Assembly (NCBI RefSeq): GCF_006345805.1
Contig: NC_043006.1
Location: 50,220,001 to 50,284,000, forward strand
Direction of reading: 5' to 3'
Length of the DNA stretch: 64,000 bases
Source: Octopus sinensis
Taxonomy: Eukaryota
The stretch's first letter is position 1. Each line of letters begins with the position of its first letter. Shown here piece by piece: positions 53,325-64,000 of the stretch. The translations under genes and the position numbers were made by a program. A model generated the notes under the pieces. The model worked only from the letters and a program-made list of their open reading frames with translations, made no database searches and had not been told where the DNA came from.

Positions 53325-55588
53325 TGTTATTTCTTAGAAGGGGAGTCCCCTTCCATATAAACTTCTGGTAATAGTCTTTCGGGGGTTTCTTCCCTTCCCT
53401 CTCTCTTTGGCTTGGATAAATCTTTCTCTGGGATTTCATTTCTTTTTTCTTTCAGTAAAAACCTGTCCAATGTTAGTTACTTTTGCCTGCATTACAAATT
53501 TCTTCTAAAATGAGACATGACATTGTCATAGATAAGGTTTACTTCTCTATTTGCTACCACTGTATCTGAATGATAATTTCCCAAAGATTTTTGCACATCA
53601 CCCCATTCAGCAGAAATGTCTTTGATTAAAGAACTTGGGACACACTCCTTTCCTTCCTTCTCTTCAGAAGACATTTCCTCAGCCAAGGTCTTTTGCTGTT
53701 CATTTTGAAGGTGTACGTGCTCTTCGGTAGTAAGCTCAGTACGGTGGTCTTCCACCAGCTCTTTAATATATTCACTGTCGGCATCCCCGCTCATAGCTTT
53801 TCCCACAGAGACATTATCGTCAACAATAGCAATTTCCTCGACAGCAGTAGTACTTGTAGCTGTCTCAAACCCCCGCAAAGTCTCGTTTTAGTACACAGTC
53901 TGGCCAATGTTTCCTTCATGCTGAATTCATGGTTCTGAAACTCACTTGGTTCCATGCATTATCAATAAGATTAACACAATTCAGAATATTGAAATGATTT
54001 TTCCAAAATTCTCTGAGAATTAACAGTCATTAGTGACTTGAAAACACTTTCGAAACAAGGCTTTTGTGTAAAGTTTCTTAAAGATTGCAATGACCTGTTG
54101 GTCCATTGGTTGTATTAAAGAGGTGTTAGGTGGCAGATATTTGACCTGAATAAAATCAAATTTTTCAACTAAGCGCAGGAGTGGCTGTGTGGTAAGTAGC
54201 TTGCTCACCAACTACATGGTTGCGGGTTCAGTCCCACTGCGTGGCATCTTGGGCAAGTGTCTTCTGCTATAGCCTCGGGCCGACCAAAGCCTTGTGAGTG
54301 AATTTGGTAGACGGAAACTGAAAGAAGTCTGTCGTATATATGTATATATATATATATATGTATGTGTGTGTATTTGTTTGTGTGTCTGTGTTTGTCCCTC
54401 TAGCATTGCTTGACAACCGACGCTGGTGTGTTTATGTCCCCGTAACTTAGCGGTTCGGCAAAAGAGACCGATAGAATAAGTACTGGGCTTACAAAGAATA
54501 AGTCCCGGGGTCGAGTTGCTCGACTAAAGGCGGTGCTCCAGCATGGCCGCAGTCAAATGACTGAAACAAGTAAAAGAGTAAAAGAGTAAGCCTTCGTATT
54601 AGCCCGCCATATAACAGGTAATTTACTCTTCATAATATTGTTTCTTTTGAAAACCGTCGGATTATCGGTATGGTAAACAAGCAATAGCTCGACCTTGAAA
54701 TCGCCACTTGTGTTGCCGCATAGCAAAAGAGTAAGTCTATCTTTCATTGGCTTGTGCTCTGGCAACGCATTTTCCTCCTTAGTAATATAGGTCCTATTTG
54801 GCATTTGTTTCCAAATTAATACTGTTATCAAGTCATTATACTCAATCACAAATTTCTCAGTCGCTTCCTCTTTGAACTTGTCGTCTCTCCATGCCTAATT
54901 ACACTGTGAATTTCATTTCTCTTCTTAAATTTCTCGAACCAGCCTTTGCAAGCTTTAAATTCAAAAGTATCACTTTCAGCACTTGTACCAAGGGTTTTCT
55001 TTAATAGACCATTATAAATTTCTAATGCTTTCTCACAAATAAATGCGTTACTGATACTGTCACCTGCTGTTTCACATTTATATAAAAAAGCAATAACTTT
55101 TTCACTTTTTTGAGTATCTTTGGTCTTTGTTTATTAATAACAGTCACTCCTTTTGCAACATCAGTTGCTTTTATCACTTCCCCAATTTTTAAAATAGTAG
55201 ATATTGTCGATTTAGGCCTACAGTATTTCACAGCAAGATCTGACACAAAAATACCATTTTCGTGTTTTGCAATGATTTCTTTCTTCACCACAATTGTTTT
55301 CCTCTCAAGTTTTCTTTTTTCTTTACTAGTATCACTGCTAGCTTTCTTTGGAGCCACGACTAAGGGCTAATGAAGAGAATAAGGGCACAGTACAGTAAAA
55401 TCGGAAAAGAAAAGCACAGCACAACACACGGATGCAAACGACTCGGCAGTCGACTCAGAAATGATTTCGTTCGGGTCAACTCGGTTCGGCAATGCTGTTC
55501 GAGAACCGAAATTTTGTTCAATAACCGAGGCATTTTCGACATGTAAGACGTTCGACATGTAAGACGTTCGAGAACCGAGGTTGCTCTG
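53325..55588 (-). mobile_element. Tigger/pogo-family DNA transposon, disrupted
   Basis: TA-CAGAGCAACCTCGGTTCTCGAACG 5' TIR; CENP-B-like HTH (KKEIIAKHENG...DLA.KY..PKSTISTILK), FKACKGWFEKFK, KPMKDRLTLLLCGN.SGDFK, LPPNTSLIQPMDQQVI and C-terminal PEVYMEGDSPSKK*. Frameshifts, deletions and a SINE insertion; 3' TIR not found. Confidence 0.9.
54173..54586 (+). mobile_element. SINE group A inserted into Tigger
   Basis: Full-length A copy, antisense to the transposase. Confidence 0.92.
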
Positions 55589-56074
55589 TATATATATTTT
55601 GAGTATACCAACGGATTACAATATAATCCTTATATTGTCCTTTTGTGCACCTTCATGCTTTTCCATTCAAGGTATTTTAAAATACAATATTATATATTTG
55701 TATGTTTTGTAGTTTTAATTTTGATTGTGAAATGAAACTATTGTAGATGAATATGTTAATTGATAAATAGATTAATTTGTATCCATTAGATTTCTCCATT
55801 TTCATACTTAATTATAATATTTAATGCTTTATGAGATTTTATATAATGATATTTTATGATTTATAATATATTCATTGAAAAATTATCTCTTCAAAATACA
55901 ATATATTAAACCAGCGTATCTTGGATAAAAATATCCCTATAAGAGGTCAAAATATCCTCAAAGTGATTAATGTGTGTATCTTTATGTGTGTGGATATATA
56001 TATATATGCATATATATATAAAACTCTTGAGCTCTACTAAGTGTATTCTATAATGGGAATATTAGTATGTACTA

Positions 56075-56131
<57 letters not shown>

Positions 56132-56195
56132 GTGTATACATACATACTTACATATATACGTATATATAAACATACATGTATGTATATATATATAT

Positions 56196-58607
56196 AACGG
56201 GAAGCTTTATGAAAATAGACAAAAGACGAAGGCAGGTGGAAAACAAACAAACAATTGTATTAGTATGGCGCTCAGGAAATATAAATAAAACAAGTCTTTA
56301 ACGTTTCGAGCCTACGCTCTTCAACAGAAAGATACACAGAGAGAAAAAAACACAGAAAGAAGGAGAGAAAAAAATGCGTGCAGTAACTAACGAACCAACA
56401 TGGCGATCTGATTTCGGCCAGAAGTCAAAGATCAAACATGAGACGCGAGAGCGAAATTAGGGGAGATAATAGGTTGAGTGACCAGCTCCAACATAAGGGT
56501 GGTGTGTGTGTGTGTGTGTGTATGAGAGAGTATTAGTGCGTATGAGAGGTCTGGCCGTGTGTATGTATAGGATTGGTGTATGTATTAGTATGTATTAGTA
56601 TGTATAAGGGTGTGTGTGTGTGTGTATGAGAGAGTATTAGTGGGTATGAGAGGTCTGGACGTGTGTATGTATAGGGTTGGTGTATGTATTAGTATGTATT
56701 AGTATGTATTAGTACGTATTAGTATGAGAGGGAGAGGGGGAGAGAGAAGGGGAGTGAGGGAGCAGAGGGAAGGGGAAGAGGGAAGGAGGGAGGGAGAAAG
56801 AGGGAAGAAGGGAAGGGGAGTAGGGGTGAAAGGATGAAGGACTGAAGAAGTAGGGGTCGGGGGGAGGTAGGTGAGGAGGGGGGAGAGGGGGGTTAGATGA
56901 GGAGGGGGGAGAGTTGAGACCAAATGGCGTATAAAAGCGAAGAGAGAAGATTAATTCCTGTTCACAGCGCAAACGGGAATCTGGATGGCCTCTGTGTAAG
57001 GACAAACCGAACACAGATAGGTGTTGCAAGGAGTGACCGGTGGAGCGGAAATGGCGAGAGACCGGTGTGTCGTTCGCAAGGTGGATGTCACGAAGGTGTT
57101 CCGCGAACCAGTCAGCCAAGCGGCGTCCCGTTTGTCCGATGTACAAGGAATGGCAGAGAGAGCAAGAGACGCAATAGATAATATTGCTGGAGGTGCAGGT
57201 GAAGGAGTGGATGATGGGATAGGGTCGATGATGGGTGCTAGTGAGGAGGGTGGTGTTGGAGAGGTAAGGGCAAGTGCGGCAACGTGGGTGGGAGCAGGGG
57301 AACGAGCCGGGTTGGGAGGCAGGGTCAGGGAAGGAGCTATGGACCAAAAGGTCTCGAAGGTTGTGGGCTCGTTTGAAAGAGGGGAGGGGTCGGTTAGGGA
57401 AGAGGTGTGAAGTGGACGGGTCGGACTGGAGATGACGGAAAGCTCGAAGAATGGTGCGTTGGAGAGGTAGGGTCGTTGGGTGGTAAGTGAGGGGAAAAGG
57501 GAGGCGGGAGACTACAGGGCGGGTTCGGGGAGAGAGAGCAGATACACGGTCCACGGACCGTGCTCTGGCAAGGGCGGTGTGGATAGTGGTGAGGGGGTAT
57601 CCACGTAGGGTGAAGTGGTGAGCCATACGTTGAGACTGAGTCTCAAAGTCATGGTCGTCACTACAGAGCCTACGTAGACGGAGGAATTGGGAATAGGGGA
57701 TGGAAAGCTTGGTGTGTTCTGGGTGGGAGGAAGAGAAGTTGAGGTATGAGTGTGAGTCTGTGTGTTTGTAGTGAATGGAGGTGGTAAGAGTGGAGTGAAG
57801 AATGCTAACCGAAATGTCGAGGAAGGAGACAGAGGTGTTGGAGATAGTGGAGGTGAAGTGGAGGGCTGGATGGAAAGATTGGACGAAAGAGAGGAAGGAA
57901 TCTAGATGTTCACGGGAGAGTGAGGTGGCACCGATAAGGTCGTCAATGTAACGACCATATAGTTCAGGAGTGGGACCAGTGAAATTAGAGAATATGTGGG
58001 CCTCAACATAGCCAACGAACAGGTTCGCATAGTTGGGGCCCATTCGCGTTCCCATGGCCACTCCCGAGAACTCGCCCGCGAACGAGAAGCAGTTGAGAGT
58101 AAGGACAAGTTCGGCCAGACGAATGAGTGTGGAGGTGTCAGGTACAGGGTTGGAGCGGAGGTCAAGAAAGTGTCGAAGGGCCTGCAGTCCTTCGTGGTGA
58201 GGGAAAACAGTATAGAGGCTTTGGATGTCCATAGTAAAAAGGATTTGGAGGAGCCGGGAGGAAAGGAGAAAGAGTTGAAAATCCGGAGAGTATGGTTGGT
58301 ATCGTGGATGTGGGAGGGAAGAGATGCCACTAGGGGGGCAAGGACACGGTCGAGGTATTTAGAGATGAGCTCCGTGGGGCAGTTACAGGCGGAGACGATT
58401 GGGGCGGCCAGGGTTGTTGGGTTTGTGGATTTTGGGGAGGGAGTAAATGGTGGGGGTACGTGGGGTTCGCACAATTAGGTTGGATGCGGTGTGGGGGAGA
58501 CGGGAGGACGAGATGAGGTCGCGGACAGTAGAGGATACCGTCTGTTGATAGCTACGTGTGGGGTTAGAGGGCAGAGAGGAGTAGAAGGAGGTGTCATTGA
58601 GTTGGCG

Positions 58608-58610
<3 letters not shown>
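56196..58610 (-). mobile_element. 5'-truncated Penelope-like element (Neptune-type): RT + GIY-YIG, with hammerhead-bearing terminus
   Basis: YRQLNDTSFY, LPKIHKPNNPGRP, MDIQSLYT, GVAMGTRMGP, YGRYIDD, FLDI, linker CSHPRCRTC, IIYCVSC..C..LYIGQTGRRL. Frameshifts near 58400 and 58240 and an apparent short in-frame deletion before SGVAMG. GC-rich relative to flanks. Terminal hammerhead-like motif at 56296-56333. Confidence 0.92.
56493..56720. repeat. Tandem ~111-bp duplication in the PLE 3' region with TATGTATTAG subrepeats
   Basis: ATAAGGGTG(TG)nTATGAGAGAGTATTAGTG.GTATGAGAGGTCTGG at 56493 and 56604. Confidence 0.85.
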
Positions 58611-58651
<41 letters not shown>

Positions 58652-58954
58652 AATATAAGGAAAAAAATTTATCAGTGGCCAGCATATGTAAGATACATTT
58701 TAAGGTGAAAATTATAAATACAATTATAAATAAGGGCACAAAGAAAAAAAATTCTTTGCCAATATGATGAAAAAGAAACGTTAAATCGTTTAACCGTATT
58801 AAATATTTTCACTTATATTATTACAATAATAATATAAGCGAATATAAAAATAAGATGTGAAAATAGTTTGGAGTAAGACGATTTAGCGTCTATTTTTCAG
58901 CATATTGGTAAAGAAAATTTTATCTTTTTGCCATTATTTATACATATATATGTA

Positions 58955-58985
<31 letters not shown>

Positions 58986-58994
58986 TTATGTGTG

Positions 58995-59202
58995 ATTGTT
59001 TGTGTCTGTTTTTGTCCTCCCCACCATCGCTTGACAACCGATGTTGGTGTGTTTACGGCCTCGCAACCTAGCGGTTCGGCCAAACAGACTGATAAAATAA
59101 GCACTAGACATAGAAAGTCCAGGGGTCGATTTCTTCGATTAAAATGTGGTGCTCTGGCATGGCCACAGTCAAATGACTGAAACAAGTAAAAGAATACAAG
59201 AG
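58995..59202 (+). mobile_element. SINE group A, 3' half
   Basis: CGCTTGACAACCGATGTTGGTGTGTTTACG...AAATGACTGAAACAAGTAAAAG. Confidence 0.85.
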
Positions 59203-59237
59203 TGTATATATTTATATATACATACATACAAACACAC

Positions 59238-59268
<31 letters not shown>

Positions 59269-60141
59269 CATAATACATACATACATACATACATACATAC
59301 TACATACATACACACACACACACAGACACACACACATATATATATATATATATATTTGCTTTTATGTCGAATTGTAATAAATATAATATTATTTTTACAT
59401 TAAACTGCAGAATTACTTTTTGTCGAGCACATATTTATTATGCTTACACACACACACATTCACACACATTCACACACACATATTACATATACTATATATT
59501 ATACACACAAATACACCCCCACACACATACATATGTACGTATATGTTTATGCCTACACCTACAAATACACGTATATCTGATGAAAAGGTTAACTGATAAT
59601 ATAGACAACCAAAATATCAATAAATCTATATTTTCGTCTGTATCACAATAGAATTTGTTTTGTAGCTGAATAATTTTCGGGCAGCTGAATATTATTGTTA
59701 TAAATGATAATCGCTATGTGGTGATTTTCTAAAGTATGTCGTATTAATCATGAATATAAGCTGTTCCTGAAATATATGAAAACACTGAAATAATTTCTCT
59801 TTGTTTCCCATCCATATATTAAGATTTGGTTAATTGTTGTGCTTCATAATAAAGTTTCCAAAATATATACACCAACGTATTTCGACTTAACAGCAGTTGA
59901 GAATTTATATTCTGTCTGGCCTTGCCCAAGTCTCTATCTATAGCAGGAATTAATTTTCTTACTCAATATTTCAGTCCCTCAGGGTCTAAAGTCTTTATCA
60001 CTTTTCATTTTAACCTTTCCTTCACACACCACCCATCTCTTTCATCTTTCATTCCCACTGTACCACTCACCTACATTATATCGTTGAACTCATTACCCAA
60101 TACAATATATACCAGTACGTTCAAACAGAATATACGTCTAT

Positions 60142-60199
<58 letters not shown>

Positions 60200-60297
60200 G
60201 CACGCACGCACGCACACAAACACACATTTGCACCAACTATTCCATTACAGATCCCCATGCTACACACTTATAGTAGCAAGTGTATAATATTAAACAT

Positions 60298-60606
60298 CTC
60301 GCCTTTTCAAGCCTAGCCAGGCTCATGGGCCCGGTTTCCCGGTTTCTGTGGCGCATGTGTTCCCCCCAGCTGGACGGGACGCCAGTCCATCGCAGCGTTA
60401 CTCAAGAAACAGGAAGAAAGAGTGGGAGAAAGTTGGGGCGAAAGAGTACAACAGGAGTCGCCACCACCCCCTGCCGGAGCATCGTGGAGCTTATGTGTGT
60501 TTATTTCGCTCAATAAACACACACAACGCCCGGTCTGGGAATCGAAACCGCGAATCTCTGACCGCGAGTCCGCTGTGCCCTAACCACTGGGCCATTGTGC
60601 CTCCAC
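60298..60606 (-). mobile_element. SINE group C, body type 2 (Meta-domain-like), with 12-bp TSD
   Basis: CTGCGATGGACTGGCGTCCCGTCCAG...CAGAAACCGGGAAACCGGGCCC; TSD AATATTAAACAT at 60286-60297 and 60607-60618. Confidence 0.9.
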
Positions 60607-61149
60607 AATATTAAACATACAATTCTTACCAAGCACATTTATTCAGTATGATACACATAACATCCTCATACACAGAGGCACACAAAGAAAACAACACACG
60701 CATACATACACTTACACACGCAAACTATTTTTTCATATACACACACGTGCATGCGCAAAATATATGCCTGGTAATCTTATACATATACATATATAAACAG
60801 AAAACAAAGACAGGAACGTGCAAACAAGCATAAACACAGTTTATTCATATATACACGTTCATATACACAGACATCAGACAGCCTCATACGCATACACACA
60901 TAAACAGAAAATACGGACATGCGCACAGACGCCCCCACATACACACACTCACGCTTCCAAACACAGAGCATATACGCACACGTTAGTTTCATACATGCAC
61001 TCATGCGCGCATGCGCGCAAACTTATGCCAAGTTCACAGCTGTACCCCACGCCGACTTGCCTGAAGTCGCCCCCCCACAGTTGTCCAATTTGCCACTCAC
61101 ACCACGTGATCTCTTTCGGTCTTTTGATCATGCGGTGACTGTTTAAGTG

Positions 61150-61310
61150 AGGCATATTTGATCTTTTCTCTCTCCTTTTTTTCTCTCCTCGTCTATTCCT
61201 TCTGTAGAAGAGCGCGTGCTTGAAACTTAAAAGAATTTTCCTTCTATTTTTTCTAAGCTTAAACCTGTTCTTACTTTTATCTCGTCTTTGTGTTATATAT
61301 TATTTTTCAC
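61150..61310 (+). mobile_element. Degraded Penelope-like terminal fragment with decayed hammerhead (61197-61234)
   Basis: CTGTAGA-A-GAGC-GCGT-GCTT-GAAA-CT-TA-AAAG; same layout as the 56296-56333 motif. Confidence 0.5.
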
Positions 61311-61344
61311 TATACACACACATACACACGTGCGTGTATGTATT

Positions 61345-61419
<75 letters not shown>

Positions 61420-61748
61420 GTATGTATGTATGTATGTATGTATGTGTATATAACAAATAAGGAAGAAGGAAAGCTTCTAACAAAGCAAAAGTTAAAGTTA
61501 AGTAACCTTTATCTATTTCAGATACAAAGGCCCATCGTCAGAAGTGAACAGCTTACAGAAATGTAAGTTGATGCAGATCTTGATTGCCGTAAGCCGTTCA
61601 CTTATGATGATAGGCTTTTGTGCATGAAATATATGAAACTTACTTAACTTTCTTTTTCACTTTGTTACAAGCTCCCCGTGTTTCATTATTTGCTATCTTA
61701 TTTCTGTATCACAAATCACAATGCTTCAAGCAAAGTACAGTGTCTTCT

Positions 61749-61820
<72 letters not shown>

Positions 61821-61979
61821 ATATGTATGCATATATATGTGCGTGTGTGTAAAAGATGGAATTTACGACTAGCCGATAAAAAGTTGGTCTAACTTATACA
61901 GGAAAGGACTTTAAGAAAATATTTTTTCACGCAAAAAAAAAAATAAATAAAAGAAAGTCAACCTAGCCACGAGGACCGA

Positions 61980-62164
61980 AATTTTGGGGAGGGGCTAGTC
62001 GATTAGATCGACCACAGTACGTAACCGGTACTTAATTTACCGACCTCGAAAGGATGAAAGGCAAAGTCGGCCTCGGCGAAATTTGAACTCAAAACGTTAA
62101 GACAGACGAGATACTGTTAAGCATTTCGTCCGGCATACTAACGTTACTGCCAGCTCGCCGCCTT
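61980..62164 (-). mobile_element. SINE group B
   Basis: GAAAGGATGAAAGGCAAAGTCGGCCTCGGCG...CTGCCAGCTCGCCGCCTT. Confidence 0.88.
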
Positions 62165-62642
62165 AAAGTCTTTATAGATTAAAACAGTATTTACGTGGCT
62201 CCTAATTTCACAAATTAATATAAAAAGCTCTTGTAAGCCGAGAAAGAAGAAAATAATTTTAAAACGCATTTGTACCCTTCAAAAAAGCTTTATTTACGTT
62301 TACTTAACCAGATCTACATCGATGAGATCAAAGGGCCTGGAGTTACGCCGTATTTGTCTCGAATCTTATTGGATTTGGAATATTTGCTCTCATTGGGAGA
62401 GATTATCGCTCATATTGTCATCAACTGAGATAGTGGTCAAAAGGTAGTCACTTTTCAATGATTGTTGTGTTAAAAGTTAAGAATTTATTGGACTAGGGAA
62501 CGTGTTATGTGGCAGCATGGATAACAATTGCACGTTATATCTACGTGTTAGTATACGTGACAGTATAATTGTTAATTGCCTCAAAAGTTAAGGATGTGTT
62601 AATCCAGTGAGTATGTCATACCATAGTATGGACCACAGGTTA

Positions 62643-63106
62643 GTCAAGTCGATAGACAAAAAAATGTTAGATACATTTAATACAAAGAATCTACATGTGT
62701 ATACACATAAAAGAAGTCCGACTTACACAGAATGGAAATTATATCAGGAACTAAGAAGGTTGAGTAGGAGTTTTACGAGTCCAACAGCTGTTCTATGGGC
62801 TTGGTGGTCCGGAATGGAGATTAAAGATGTTTCATCTTTAATCGCCATCCTGTCAACACCTCAGATGTAAAATTCTTCCTTGAAGACGGAGGCTGGTGGC
62901 ATCAAGTTATGATGGAATAAAGTTACCAGCATTATTTTGGATCACCAAGCTCCCAGAAACAGCTGTTGGACTCGTAAAACTCCTACTCAACCCCCTTAAT
63001 ACCTGATATCATTTCCATTCTGCGTAAGCCTGACTCCTTTTATGTGTATACATATGTACGTTCTTTGAATTAAATGTATGTAACATTTCTTGTATATCGA
63101 CTTCAC
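62643..63106. mobile_element. Foldback element, 173-bp arms, with hammerhead-like motif across spacer and right arm
   Basis: Arms 62643-62815 / 62934-63106. TCC-TTGAAGA (62880-62886)-CGGAGGCTGGTG...CACCAAGCTCCCA-GAAA (62956-62959)-CAGCTG-T-T-GGA. Confidence 0.75.
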
Positions 63107-63444
63107 ACACACATACATACATATCAGAGCACCTATATTGCTAGACATTAGAGCTAAACTGCTCTAGTGCTGTTGTCAAATTAAATAATAGTATACGTAT
63201 ATACTGAGAAGGACCATAATCACTCGAGAATTGGCAGTTCTGAAGCATTTTCGAGACGCGGTGAGACGAAAATGCTCCGACCTGTGACAAAGTGAAGAAC
63301 GTATAAAATTATGCGCTTTGGTTGCAGTATTAGAGCAGTTTAGCTTTTATTTCTAGCAATGTAGGATTTCTGGCATCCTTATTCATATTCAATGACAATT
63401 ATAGTTTTCCTTTTGGTAACGCACTCCACATCGCTGTTTATATT

Positions 63445-63700
<256 letters not shown>

Positions 63701-64000
63701 TGTTGTATTTCAGGACAGTCATTTCTTTTTGTCAAATAAACACACGCACTAAATATTCGTTCTTCACTCATTTATTACTGTTCTTATTCTAACTTCTGAA
63801 AACTGAATTTTGCAATCCATTTTTAAGATTAAATTTACGGGAATGCACAATTACACGGTTACTTCTTTTGAGAGGCTGAATTCTAAATACGTTATATGTA
63901 AAACAAATCCAAATAATCCCTGAACGAATAAGAGAGCAAGACCATGAATTACAGTAATAATACCAACTTTCTGGAACAAAACACCCAACCCATTAAGTAA

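Noticed and set aside
56924-58478. Plus-strand ORFs 56924, 57021 and 57996
   Set aside because: Antisense shadows of the GC-rich PLE ORF.
63244-63276. 10-bp hairpin AGCATTTTCG/CGAAAATGCT
   Set aside because: Isolated, with no supporting context; plausible by chance in 64 kb.

Overview
AT-rich, microsatellite-saturated eukaryotic non-coding DNA. It is most likely an Octopus genome; this is inferred from composition and from SINE families I recognise from memory, not from a search. I find no supportable host exon and no intact gene. Most ORF-track entries are microsatellite or antisense artefacts. Recognisable content is decayed mobile DNA. Retroelements: REL-endonuclease (R4/Dong-like) LINE fragments, a near-complete 5'-truncated Penelope-like element (RT + GIY-YIG), CR1-group and RTE remnants, and three tRNA-derived SINE groups in about 30 copies. 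DNA transposons: a Tigger/pogo element split by a SINE, and mariner and maT remnants. There are also many foldback (long inverted-repeat) elements. Three observations stand out. (1) About ten type I hammerhead-ribozyme motifs of several sequence families occur, one apparently intact at 31236-31335, and three sit inside foldbacks. (2) R4-like LINE copies are stacked head-to-tail, each starting at a (CATA)n tract and most ending in one, which suggests microsatellite targeting. (3) One SINE head is joined to four different bodies, and three copies have clean target-site duplications. All alignments and folds were done by eye, so boundaries of degraded elements are approximate.
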